Assembly (NCBI GenBank): GCA_030649735.1
Contig: JAUSFL010000013.1
Span: 1-17,051 of the forward strand
Length of the DNA stretch: 17,051 nucleotides
Origin: Candidatus Iainarchaeum sp.
GTDB taxonomy: Archaea; Iainarchaeota; Iainarchaeia; Iainarchaeales; UBA10191
Reading direction: 5' to 3'
Shown here: positions 7,054 to 15,380 of the stretch, piece after piece
Numbering within the stretch: the first letter of the stretch is position 1
Layout of the letters: each line of letters starts with the position of its first letter
The notes under the pieces: model-generated
What the model saw: the letters and a program-made list of their open reading frames with translations, nothing else
Databases searched by the model: none
Told to the model about the DNA's origin: nothing
Program-made: the position numbers and the translations under genes

Positions 7054-8166
7054 ATGAATTTTAATCCGTTTTTTCAAGACTCTAAAACCAGCGCGCGTTC
7101 TGGCTTCTTGAAAACTGCCCACGGCCGTGTTCAAACTCCTTTTTTCATGCCTGTTGAAACAAAGGCTGCCGCAAAATTTGTTAGCCAGGAAGAATTGGAC
7201 AAAATGGGCGTTGAGTGCTTTATCAGCAATGCCTTGCTTTTGCATTTCAAGCCTGGCTTGGAAATTGTGAAAAAAGCCGGTGGCTTGCACAAGTTTTTGA
7301 ATTGGGAAAAAAGCATTTTCACTGACTCCGGGGGCTTTCAAGTCATCGACGAGCATTTTTTGCTTCGCATTAATGATGCTGGCGCTGAATTCAGGGATCC
7401 TTTTTCTGGAAAGCGCGAGTGCATCACTCCGGAAAAGGCAATTGCCATCCAGAACTCATTGGGTGCTGATGTGATAATGTGCCTTGATGACCAGCCGCAT
7501 TTTGGGCGTTCTAAGGATTCAATCGCGCAGGCAGTCAAACGGACTTTGCTTTGGGCTGAAAAATGCAAGAAAGCCCACTCAAACAAAAGGCAGCAGTTGT
7601 TTGGGATTTGCCAAGGCGGCTTGCATTCGGACTTGCGCAAGAAAAGCATTGAAGGATTGCTGAAAATTGATTTTGATGGAATTGCAATTGGCGGTTTTGG
7701 AATTGGCGAAGAGAATGCGCAAATGATGAAGGTTGTTGAAAAGTGCGTTTCTTTGATTCCTGAAGAAAAGCCGGTTTATTTGATGGGGATTGGCTCTCCA
7801 AAAGAGCTTGTTGAAGGCATTTCTGCAGGAGTTGATGTTTTTGACTCTTGCTTTCCAACGCGTGTCGGAAGGCATGGAATGGTTTTCACTCGCAAGGGCG
7901 CTTTGCGCTTGGAAAAAGCCCAGTTTGCGAAAGACTTCAAGCAATTAGATGCAGACTGTGATTGTTTTGTCTGCCGCAATTATTCGCGAGCTTACATCCA
8001 CCATTTATTCAAGCTTAAAGAGCCAAGCGGCATGCGTTACTTAAGCCATCACAACCTTCATTTTCTCCAGCGCTTGGTCCAAGAGGCAAGGCAAAACATC
8101 AAGGAAAACTCTTTCTTGAAATTCAGGAATCAATTCTTAAAGAATTACTCTAAGAAATTATTGTAG
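7054..8166 (+). CDS. tgt: tRNA-guanine transglycosylase, bacterial (queuosine) type architecture
   Basis: TPFFMPV, TDSGGFQV, QGG, GGFGIGE, YLMGIG and DVFDSCFPTR motifs, with a Zn site CDCFVC...HHN. At 370 aa it has no PUA extension. Confidence 0.93.
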   Translation: MNFNPFFQDSKTSARSGFLKTAHGRVQTPFFMPVETKAAAKFVSQEELDKMGVECFISNALLLHFKPGLEIVKKAGGLHKFLNWEKSIFTDSGGFQVIDEHFLLRINDAGAEFRDPFSGKRECITPEKAIAIQNSLGADVIMCLDDQPHFGRSKDSIAQAVKRTLLWAEKCKKAHSNKRQQLFGICQGGLHSDLRKKSIEGLLKIDFDGIAIGGFGIGEENAQMMKVVEKCVSLIPEEKPVYLMGIGSPKELVEGISAGVDVFDSCFPTRVGRHGMVFTRKGALRLEKAQFAKDFKQLDADCDCFVCRNYSRAYIHHLFKLKEPSGMRYLSHHNLHFLQRLVQEARQNIKENSFLKFRNQFLKNYSKKLL

Positions 8167-8174
8167 TGATTGAA

Positions 8175-8420
8175 ATGGTTGTTAAAAAAAAGCCCGCGAA
8201 GGCAAAATCTTCTTCAAAAAACAAGATTCTCAAAACAATGGCTTTGGGCGAAATAATCCAAAAATTCCCGCAAGCAGCTTCACTGCTGGCTGAGGCTGGA
8301 TTGCATTGCATTGGCTGCCATATTTCAGCTTTTGAAAGCGTTGAAGACGGCTGCAAAGCCCACGGGCTTTCAGACAAGGAAATTGACGCATTGGTTAAAA
8401 GAATGAATGACGCGGTCTAA
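8175..8420 (+). CDS. DUF1858 (hybrid-cluster-associated redox disulfide) domain protein
   Basis: MALGEIIQKFPQAASLLAEAGLHCIGC....ESVEDGCKAHG is the typical pattern. The ATG at 8175 is preceded by a GTGAT SD (GTG at 8166 is an alternative start). Confidence 0.88.
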   Translation: MVVKKKPAKAKSSSKNKILKTMALGEIIQKFPQAASLLAEAGLHCIGCHISAFESVEDGCKAHGLSDKEIDALVKRMNDAV

Positions 8421-9082
8421 TTTTTTAGCCTTAAGTCAAAAATTATTATTTTTCCTTTTGACGGGCACCAAATCATGTTATAGTATCCATAGTCGATTAT
8501 TTTGGATTTGTGCAATATTCTGCCAATTTTATCTATGAGTTCTGCCGCATTTGCATTTGAGTTTAAGAATGGCGAGTAATTTAGGTTTTCTCCATCATAA
8601 AAGTCAGTAACTAGGAAAGAGTTTTCTCCCAACCTGAAGGCAAGATGGTAGTTTGCCACTTCAACCTGTTTTATTCCTTTCAATGCTTCCCTTGCTTTTT
8701 GCAAAGCTTTTATTTGCGCATCGGCTAAATCTGTTCTCGGATCAAAATTTGGCCCTTGCTTTGCAGCATTTTGCTCCTTTATGAAAAAAACTTTTCTGCC
8801 AACTTTGGCTTTATACAATGCAAAGTTTGAATTGCCCCGTCGTTCAAGTCTTTCTACACTAATTTTACCCGCTTTTGCTTCATTTTTTCCAGAGTTGATA
8901 GTTCTTTTCGCTTCAAGGAAATCTTTTATCAGCCCGGGGTTTTTTCTCACAAAAGCTTTGAACCAAGGCGTGTAAATTATTGCTTTTTTATTGCTTTCTG
9001 CTTTTCTTTCATGAAGTTGTTCTGAAACTGGTTTTGGCTTTCTTTGAAAAGCTCTTTTGAAAAGCCCAAAATTTGATTTCAT
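8417..9082 (-). CDS. Minimal protein-kinase-like fold protein with a basic N-terminal extension
   Basis: LYKA...FFIKE (beta3 Lys), FLVTDFYDG (hinge), IIDYGYYNMIW (DxxxxN catalytic loop) and IIIFDL (DFG-equivalent) occur in the right order. The protein ends right after the last motif. Confidence 0.6.
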   Translation of the reverse strand: MKSNFGLFKRAFQRKPKPVSEQLHERKAESNKKAIIYTPWFKAFVRKNPGLIKDFLEAKRTINSGKNEAKAGKISVERLERRGNSNFALYKAKVGRKVFFIKEQNAAKQGPNFDPRTDLADAQIKALQKAREALKGIKQVEVANYHLAFRLGENSFLVTDFYDGENLNYSPFLNSNANAAELIDKIGRILHKSKIIDYGYYNMIWCPSKGKIIIFDLRLKN

Positions 9083-9141
9083 TATTTTAGAATGATTTTC
9101 GAGCTTTTTAACTTTTGCAAAAAAGAAAAAATTGGAAGATT

Positions 9142-10173
9142 TTAGATGTCTTCCAATCCATTAGGAGTTACTCTGTACAATGCTTCCCCATCAGGCAGGC
9201 TTGGCGAATCAACTAATTTTGCGACTCTCTTGTCTTCCTTGGATTTGCGGAGGTAAAGCCTTGTTTTGCTGTTGTGCGCCACAATGTGCCCGCCGATTGG
9301 GGCTGTCGGGTCTCCGAACATTATGTCAGGCCTTGACATTACTTGGTTTGTGACTAAAACCGCAAGATTGTTCATTTCTGCCAGGCGCATTAAAGTGTGC
9401 ATGTGCTTGTTGAGCTTTTGCTGCCTGTCAGACAAAGTTCCCCTGCCAATGAATTCGCTCCTGAATTGCGCTGTCAAGGAATCCACAATAATCAGCTTGA
9501 TGTTTTTTTCCTTGATCATGTCTGCTGCTTTTTCTGCCAAAAGCATTTGATGGTCTGAATTGTAAGCCCTTGCGACATAAATGTTTTTTAAGATTTTGTC
9601 TGGGTCAAGCCCGCGGTGCTTTGCAATGCTGATGACTCTTTCAGGTCTGAAAGAGTTTTCTGAATCAATGTACAGCACGTTTCCATTAAGCCCGCCCTTG
9701 TCTTTTGGCAATTGTGTCATTACTGCAAGCTGGAATGCCCATTGGGTTTTTCCAGAAGCGTATTGTCCGTAAATTTCTGTAAGGCTTTGGGTTTCAACTC
9801 CGCCGCCAATCAAATTGTCTATTTCAATGCTTCCAGTGCTGATCCTTCCAATAAGTTCTCTTCGTTCTGCAATCTTGTCTGCGGTTTCATAGCCCATTTC
9901 CAATGATTCGCGCGCTGCATTGATTGCCTTTGCTGCAGTGATTTCCCCAAGTTCTGCGGCTTCAATCAATTCTGCCGGCGAGGCCACGGCAATGCTTTCC
10001 AGCGTCTTATATCCTGCTTTAATCAGCTTTTCTGCGCTTTGGGTTCCAATTCCAGGCAATTCAGTAATGCTTGTTATTTTGCCTTTCTTGCCTTTTCTTT
10101 CGCCTGCTTCAAAATCAGTTTCTTCAGTCTCTTCTTCAGCGGCTTCTGTTGCCTTTTCTTTCTTTGCGCCCAT
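9142..10173 (-). CDS. radA: DNA repair and recombination protein RadA
   Basis: N-terminal HhH domain (LPGIG), Walker [22 protein letters not shown], Walker B LIIVDS, and RQQKL, TNQV, PIGGH and DSP.LP motifs. AGGAG SD upstream. No intein. Confidence 0.97.
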   Translation of the reverse strand: MGAKKEKATEAAEEETEETDFEAGERKGKKGKITSITELPGIGTQSAEKLIKAGYKTLESIAVASPAELIEAAELGEITAAKAINAARESLEMGYETADKIAERRELIGRISTGSIEIDNLIGGGVETQSLTEIYGQYASGKTQWAFQLAVMTQLPKDKGGLNGNVLYIDSENSFRPERVISIAKHRGLDPDKILKNIYVARAYNSDHQMLLAEKAADMIKEKNIKLIIVDSLTAQFRSEFIGRGTLSDRQQKLNKHMHTLMRLAEMNNLAVLVTNQVMSRPDIMFGDPTAPIGGHIVAHNSKTRLYLRKSKEDKRVAKLVDSPSLPDGEALYRVTPNGLEDI

Positions 10174-10186
10174 TTTCTCAACTCCT

Positions 10187-10244
10187 GGCTTTTGAAGTTT
10201 GCGGCCTTTTCCACAGAGCAGTGGAAAGGTCTTGTTTCAAAGCC
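10187..10244 (-). promoter_or_regulatory. Extended stem-loop in the putative radA 5' leader
   Basis: The minus strand reads GGCTTTGAA-ACAA-GACCTTTCCAC-TGCTCT-GTGGAAAAGGCC-GCAAAC-TTCAAAAGCC, followed immediately by the AGGAG SD. A TATA-like TTTAAAAA lies at about 10267-10274. Confidence 0.55.
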
Positions 10245-10319
10245 TAAGTTAAGGACTGCGCGGGAGTTTTTAAATTCAATTAGGGCAGATTGCCGGTCGT
10301 TGCATTGAAAATTCGAGTT

Positions 10320-11648
10320 TTATTTTATCTGGTTGGTTTCTATCTCTGTTTTTTCCGCGGCTGCCTTTCTCACATTCCTTGCTGTCGCCTCTAATTTTCC
10401 GTTCATGAGGTTTGTGCGCGCGACTGCCTGGATGATTATTTCTTCTCCTGCTATTTTTTCGCTTATTTTTTGCAGTTCTTCATTGAGTTTTCCTTGCTTT
10501 TGCTTTTCCTGCAGTTCTTTGCTTGAAATTCCCAAAAGCTCTTCAGCCTGCTTTCCAAAAAATACTGTGCGAATTACTGCGCTTCCGTCATCCAATAGTG
10601 CAGATACCGCGATTCTTTTTTCTGTCTCCTGGATTTGGCCGCAGTTGTCGCAGATCAATGCCCCGTCAATGCTGTCTGGCTTTTTTCCGCATTTTGGGCA
10701 GACTTCAAAGAACACTTTTCCAAAGCTCAAGTCTATCACTAGCGCTTTTTGCTCGAAGCTTTTGTTTTCTTCCAATTGCGCGAATTTTTCCTTAGGGTAT
10801 TGGTTGGAAATTATTTCTGGAATTTGGATTGCCGTCTTTGGGCTTTTGATAATGCGCGCCTGCCAGCCCAAATGTAGTTCAACTGCCCTTAATCCTTGCT
10901 TTGTGTAAGCGTTTTCTATTTTCACTAGCTCGTTTTGCTTCATGTTTTCTGCTTCTTCAGCCAGCTCGTTCCATGCAGTGCAGCGCATTGAATTCTTTCC
11001 ATCGCTTAATTCAAAATTGAGTATTTTTCCTTCCTTGTTGTCTTTCAGGAATTTTTTTACAGGATAAACGCGCGCTATTCTTCCAATGACGTCAATGTTT
11101 TGCATTCCGTCCTTTAATTCCTCAAGCTTTTGCGTTTTTTCCTTTCCTTCTTCCAGGACTGCAAAGCTTCCGTTATAGTCCAGGCTTAATTGCTTTTTTC
11201 CCTGGAATTCGGCAACCCTGCAATTGCTTAATGCAAGTCTTGCGCCTTTCTCTATTTTTTGCTCTTCAAACTTTTTTGCCATGTCATGCCATAATGTCAG
11301 CCTGATTTCGCTGTTTTCGTCGGCAATTATCAAATTGAGCATTTTTCCTTTCTTGCTGTTTTTTTCAAAGCTTTTTGTCTGGAATGCCTGAACCACTCTT
11401 GCTTCCAAATCCACATTGCTCATTCCGGCTTCCAAAAGCGCAATGCTTGTTTTTTCAGAAATCCTCTTTTCAAGCGCTAGTTCGACCTTGAGCTCTTTTG
11501 CGACCATGAACGCGGCCCCGTCATCAGTCAGCATGCCGGCAAACTTTTCCTTTTTTTGCTTTATGAGCTCTTCAATCTCTTGCTTTGGCTTGCCTGTCTT
11601 TTCGCTGATAAGGCTTATTGTGTTTTGCGAGCTGCTCAAGAATTCCAT
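10320..11648 (-). CDS. rpa: Replication protein A (multi-OB-fold ssDNA-binding protein with zinc finger)
   Basis: N-terminal DUF2240-like helices (KKEKFAGMLTDDGAAFMVAKEL), repeated OB folds (IADENSEIRLTLW, LSDGKNSMRCTAW, LDDGSAVIRTVFF) and a CPKC...CDNC Zn finger. The ATG at 11648 is the preferred start. Confidence 0.9.
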   Translation of the reverse strand: MEFLSSSQNTISLISEKTGKPKQEIEELIKQKKEKFAGMLTDDGAAFMVAKELKVELALEKRISEKTSIALLEAGMSNVDLEARVVQAFQTKSFEKNSKKGKMLNLIIADENSEIRLTLWHDMAKKFEEQKIEKGARLALSNCRVAEFQGKKQLSLDYNGSFAVLEEGKEKTQKLEELKDGMQNIDVIGRIARVYPVKKFLKDNKEGKILNFELSDGKNSMRCTAWNELAEEAENMKQNELVKIENAYTKQGLRAVELHLGWQARIIKSPKTAIQIPEIISNQYPKEKFAQLEENKSFEQKALVIDLSFGKVFFEVCPKCGKKPDSIDGALICDNCGQIQETEKRIAVSALLDDGSAVIRTVFFGKQAEELLGISSKELQEKQKQGKLNEELQKISEKIAGEEIIIQAVARTNLMNGKLEATARNVRKAAAEKTEIETNQIK

Positions 11649-11728
11649 TAAGATCAGTAGTATTCTAGCCCGCAAGTTTTTTTAACAGGTTTCGCTTGGG
11701 GCTTTTTTTGCTTAAAATAAGAATGAGA

Positions 11729-11750
11729 TGCCCCATTTTTCAACGGGGCA
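11729..11750 (-). terminator. GNRA-capped hairpin downstream of the SWIB-like gene (terminator or 3' stabiliser)
   Basis: The minus strand reads TGCCCCGTT-GAAA-AATGGGGCA, a 9-bp stem with one G-U pair and a GAAA tetraloop, 26 nt after the stop codon. Confidence 0.5.
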
Positions 11751-11776
11751 AATTTTTAAAATTCTTTAAAGCAATT

Positions 11777-11932
11777 TTATTTGCTTGAAAGTTTGTGCTT
11801 TTTTACATACGCCCAAATTCTTTTAGTCATTTCTGAAGGCGCAATTTTTCCGCTGCCGAAGACTTCTTCAACAGTTTCTTTGCGTCCTTTGAAGCTAATG
11901 CAGTAGCCGCCGAATGCTGGTTTTGTTGCCAT
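11777..11932 (-). CDS. 51-aa SWIB/MDM2-like small protein (not in the ORF track)
   Basis: It translates to MATKPAFGGYCISFKGRKETVEEVFGSGKIAPSEMTKRIWAYVKKHKLSSK. The G...I..SEMTKRIWAYVKKHKL segment matches the SWIB core helix. Strong GGGGAGGA SD, and a TATA-like TTTAAATA near 12002-12009. Confidence 0.8.
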   Translation of the reverse strand: MATKPAFGGYCISFKGRKETVEEVFGSGKIAPSEMTKRIWAYVKKHKLSSK

Positions 11933-12019
11933 TTTTGATTCCTCCCCTTTGGTTTTTTTGATTTCGCTTTGAAAGCGTCTTTTACAATAATGCCGTTTGG
12001 ATATTTAAAAATAGTTGGT

Positions 12020-12421
12020 TCAGAGGGCGTTTTCAGCGTTTTCAGAGGCATTTTCCGTCAAAAACTTGGGAAATTTGATTTTTATTGTCAATTCCTTGGC
12101 TGCCTTTCCTTCCAGGAGATTTCCATTTATTCTCTGGTTTCCCAAGGCAACAACAATCTTTAAGTCCCCGGTGTAATCGTTTCCGTCACGGGTGAATTTT
12201 CCGCTTCCTGCGGTAATTCTTTCAGTCTCAAAGCTTTTCCTGCTTTTGAACTGGTTTTTCAAGAAGTAATTCATGAATCCTTCTTTCCAAGAGCCATTAA
12301 TGTCCGTTATCTTGAATTCTTTCGCATCTTGCTCTAAAGCCGCTTTCTTCAAGCATTCGAGAATGTCTTCACCATCTTCCAAAACAATGGTCAATGGCTG
12401 CTCTATTGCCCGTTCAGTCAT
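12020..12421 (-). CDS. Second PPC/DUF296-like protein (degenerate, 133 aa)
   Basis: LTIVLEDGEDILECL...DINGS and INGNLLEG follow the DUF296 pattern. Start moved to the ATG at 12421 because the longer call overlaps the divergent gene. Confidence 0.7.
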   Translation of the reverse strand: MTERAIEQPLTIVLEDGEDILECLKKAALEQDAKEFKITDINGSWKEGFMNYFLKNQFKSRKSFETERITAGSGKFTRDGNDYTGDLKIVVALGNQRINGNLLEGKAAKELTIKIKFPKFLTENASENAENAL

Positions 12422-12518
12422 GAATTGAGAATCTGCTTCGCCCAAAAAAACACCGTTATTGTTAGAATGAGGGACAATTATTTTAACTAATGTGCAGTTT
12501 TTTATAAAGGCGTTAAAA

Positions 12519-13169
12519 ATGATTGATGAAATTTCCAAAAACGTTTTTTTCATTCAGTCTTCAAACCAGTCCTGCAATGCTTTCCTGCTTGTTGGAAGAA
12601 AGATTGCCTTGATTGACACTGGCCTTTCCAGCAATGCCGGCTTTCTGGAAAAATCCTTGGTCTCAATTGGATTTTCTCCGGATGATATTGAATTGGTTTT
12701 GCACACGCACGGCCATGCCGACCATTTCTGTGCTGACTCATTGTTCAAAAAAGCGCAGATTAGAATGGGCGAGTTTGATGCCTTCAGGGTTTCAATGAAG
12801 GACGCAATGTTTTCCTATTCTGAATCTTTTGGAGAGACTTTTTTTCCAAAAATCAGCTCTTCTTTCCAAGCCAATGAGTTCATTCAAATTTCGCCTTTCA
12901 ATCTTCAAGTCATTGCGACTCCAGGCCATACTGAAGGCAGCGTTTGCTTTTTTGAAAAATCGAAAAAGCTCTTGTTTTCCGGGGACACTTTATTCAATAA
13001 TGGAGTCGGTCGTTTTGACCTGATTTCAGGCAGCGGGCAAAGGCTTCATTCTTCACTTGATGTTTTGGCAAGGCTTGACTTTGAAATTTTGCTTCCGGGC
13101 CATGGGGCAATTTTAAAAACCGGCCAGAAGCAAAACATTAAAAATGCTGTCGAAACCTTGTTTGTTTAG
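12519..13169 (+). CDS. Metallo-beta-lactamase-fold hydrolase (glyoxalase II-like)
   Basis: LIDTG, THGHADH, TPGHTEGS, LFSGD and LPGHG motifs. ATG at 12519. Confidence 0.92.
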   Translation: MIDEISKNVFFIQSSNQSCNAFLLVGRKIALIDTGLSSNAGFLEKSLVSIGFSPDDIELVLHTHGHADHFCADSLFKKAQIRMGEFDAFRVSMKDAMFSYSESFGETFFPKISSSFQANEFIQISPFNLQVIATPGHTEGSVCFFEKSKKLLFSGDTLFNNGVGRFDLISGSGQRLHSSLDVLARLDFEILLPGHGAILKTGQKQNIKNAVETLFV

Positions 13170-13179
13170 GTGTTGTTTA

Positions 13180-13968
13180 ATGAAAAAGTTTTCCCAAGTT
13201 TATGAAAAGGCAATTCTGGAAGGAATTCGCTCTAAAGGCGGCCTGACTTTCATGCAGTTAGACCCTCCAAATTACACTCCCGAGCTTTCTGGAAAGATTG
13301 CAAAAATTGCCACTGAGAATGGATTGGACGCTTTTGCTGTCGGCGGCTCTGTAGGGGCCCAAGGCGAGATTTTAGACCAGACAATCAAGCAAATAAAGGA
13401 AAACTCCAACCTGCCCGTGATTTTGTTTCCCGGCAATGTTGCGACTCTCTCAAAATACGCTGATGCATTGTATTTTCTTTCAATGCTGAACTCTAATGAC
13501 CCTTATTGGATCACTGGGGCGCAGGTTTCAAGCGCTTGGCCAATAAAGCAGTTAGGCCTTGAAGTAATACCAACCTCTTACGTGATTATAGAGCCTGGAA
13601 TGGCTGTCGGCTGGATGGGCCGCGCACAGCCAATTCCAAGGGACAAGGATTACTTGGCGGCAGTCACTGCCCTCGCAGGCCAGTACTTGGGCCAAAAGCT
13701 CGTTATTCTAGAATCTGGCGGCGGAAGCCCTACTTGCGCGCCCATTGAAATGGTTGCCGCCACTAAAAAAATGATTGACATTCCATTGCTCATTGCCGGC
13801 GGCATTAAAACTCCAGAAACCGCGGCTTCTTTAATCAAGGCCGGAGCAGACATTGTTCAAGTCGGCTCAGTGTTTGAAAAAAGCAAGGGTGACTTGAAAA
13901 AAACTGGAGAATTATTCAAGAAATTCACTGACTCTGTTAAAAAGGCAGGAAAGGAAAAGCTGAAGTAA
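13180..13968 (+). CDS. Geranylgeranylglyceryl phosphate synthase (GGGPS/PcrB family, group II-like)
   Basis: LDP, VGGS, PVILFPG, LNS.DPYWI.GAQ, IEPG..VG, LESGGG, GGI and GAD.V.VG motifs. The ATG at 13180 follows an AGGTG SD. Confidence 0.9.
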   Translation: MKKFSQVYEKAILEGIRSKGGLTFMQLDPPNYTPELSGKIAKIATENGLDAFAVGGSVGAQGEILDQTIKQIKENSNLPVILFPGNVATLSKYADALYFLSMLNSNDPYWITGAQVSSAWPIKQLGLEVIPTSYVIIEPGMAVGWMGRAQPIPRDKDYLAAVTALAGQYLGQKLVILESGGGSPTCAPIEMVAATKKMIDIPLLIAGGIKTPETAASLIKAGADIVQVGSVFEKSKGDLKKTGELFKKFTDSVKKAGKEKLK

Positions 13969-14460
13969 TTATTTCTTTTCCCACTTTCCAGCATGCGTTT
14001 TGTTTTCTTTCAAGAACTCGTCAAGCATGCGCAGCTCGTCAAAAATTCCATCAATCAAGTCGTACTCTCTAGCCTCTTCCAAACTGACCCAAGCGTGCTC
14101 CGTAAGAGCATTGCAAAGCTTTACTTCGCCATTCTTCCAGTCAGCGAACATGCTTATGATAATGCAAGGCATTCCGTCAGGCCTGATGTAGGAAAGGCTT
14201 GTCAAGTACTTTTGGTTCTCAATTTCCAGTCCGACTTCTTCTTTCACTTCTCTTTCCACAAGGCCTTCAACAATGTTATACCATAATTCGCTCGCGTCTT
14301 TCTCGCGTTCAGTATATTCCTTGCTTTCCAATTTTCCGCCAGGCACTGTCCAGCGGCCTGGAAATGCCTTTTCCCAATCCGCGCGTTTTGCAATCAAGTA
14401 CTTTCCTTCCTTGATTACAATTCCTGTTGCTACAACGTAATGCATTTTTTGATTGTCCAT
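13969..14460 (-). CDS. Nudix hydrolase
   Basis: YLIAKR...FPGRWTVPGGKLE and EREVKEEVGL form a Nudix box interrupted by an insertion. Confidence 0.88.
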   Translation of the reverse strand: MDNQKMHYVVATGIVIKEGKYLIAKRADWEKAFPGRWTVPGGKLESKEYTEREKDASELWYNIVEGLVEREVKEEVGLEIENQKYLTSLSYIRPDGMPCIIISMFADWKNGEVKLCNALTEHAWVSLEEAREYDLIDGIFDELRMLDEFLKENKTHAGKWEKK

Positions 14461-15375
14461 TCAATCACCTTGCAATGCCTTGATTGTTTCTTTCACTGCC
14501 TCTTCCGTGGAATATTTTGGCTTCCACCCGATTTTTTGGATTTTGGCAATTGAGTAATTCCTGTTTTTCAAAAGCCTTTTAATGTACTCTGGGCTGATCA
14601 CGGACTTTTTTCTTTTGAGCTTGTCAACAATTGACTTTAAGCTCAGCATCAAAAAACCCAAAATTACTGGAACATGCCTTGTTTTCTTTTCGATCCCAAT
14701 TTCTTTCTTTATCAATTCCACTAGTTCGTTCAAGCTTTTTGCCTTTTCTGGATCTTCCGCAATGTTGAATGTTTCAAACTCTGAATCCTTGCTGTAAAGC
14801 AAAAAAATCAATGCATTCACCAAGTCCTTGTAGTAAATTATCTGCCACTTGTTTTTTCCAGAGCCAATTATTGGAAAGTCTTTCTTTATCACGTCAATAA
14901 TTTGCTTCCAGTAATCATTAGGACCTAAGACCAAAGCGCTTCGCGCTATTGTGATTGGAATCATTTCCTGGAATTCAAGCGCGATTTCTTCGGCTTCTGA
15001 CTTTGAAATTTCATAATTTGTTGAAGGCTTTTTTTGGGTTTCTTCACTTGCCTGCCCTTGAAAATCCCCATAAACTCCAGTCGTGCTTTGGAGAATGAAT
15101 TTTTTCACTTTCTGCCTTGCCGCCACTTCCAAGGCATTTTTCGTGCCTTCCACATTGATTTTCCTCAATTCTTTCATTGGCGCTTTTTCGTCAAGCAATG
15201 CCGCCAAGTGGATTATTGCATCGCAGCCCTTGCAATTTTGCTCCAATTGGTCAATGTTCAAAATGTCCTTGCCTTTGCTTTTGTCAAACTCTACGACTTC
15301 TGCATTTCTTTTCCGCAATTCGCTGCAAAGCTCTCTTCCAATGAATCCATTGCTTCCAGTAACCAATACTTTCAA
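14461..15375 (-). CDS. NAD-dependent epimerase/dehydratase (extended SDR)
   Basis: VTGSNGFIG Rossmann motif, IIHLAA, NVEGT and catalytic YEISK. TTG start with a GGGTGA SD. Confidence 0.92.
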   Translation of the reverse strand: MKVLVTGSNGFIGRELCSELRKRNAEVVEFDKSKGKDILNIDQLEQNCKGCDAIIHLAALLDEKAPMKELRKINVEGTKNALEVAARQKVKKFILQSTTGVYGDFQGQASEETQKKPSTNYEISKSEAEEIALEFQEMIPITIARSALVLGPNDYWKQIIDVIKKDFPIIGSGKNKWQIIYYKDLVNALIFLLYSKDSEFETFNIAEDPEKAKSLNELVELIKKEIGIEKKTRHVPVILGFLMLSLKSIVDKLKRKKSVISPEYIKRLLKNRNYSIAKIQKIGWKPKYSTEEAVKETIKALQGD

Positions 15376-15380
15376 TTATT

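Noticed and set aside
11827-12051. 74-aa minus-strand ORF from the track
   Set aside because: It overlaps the PPC-like gene and is out of frame with the better-supported SWIB-like ORF, which has a strong SD and a recognisable motif.
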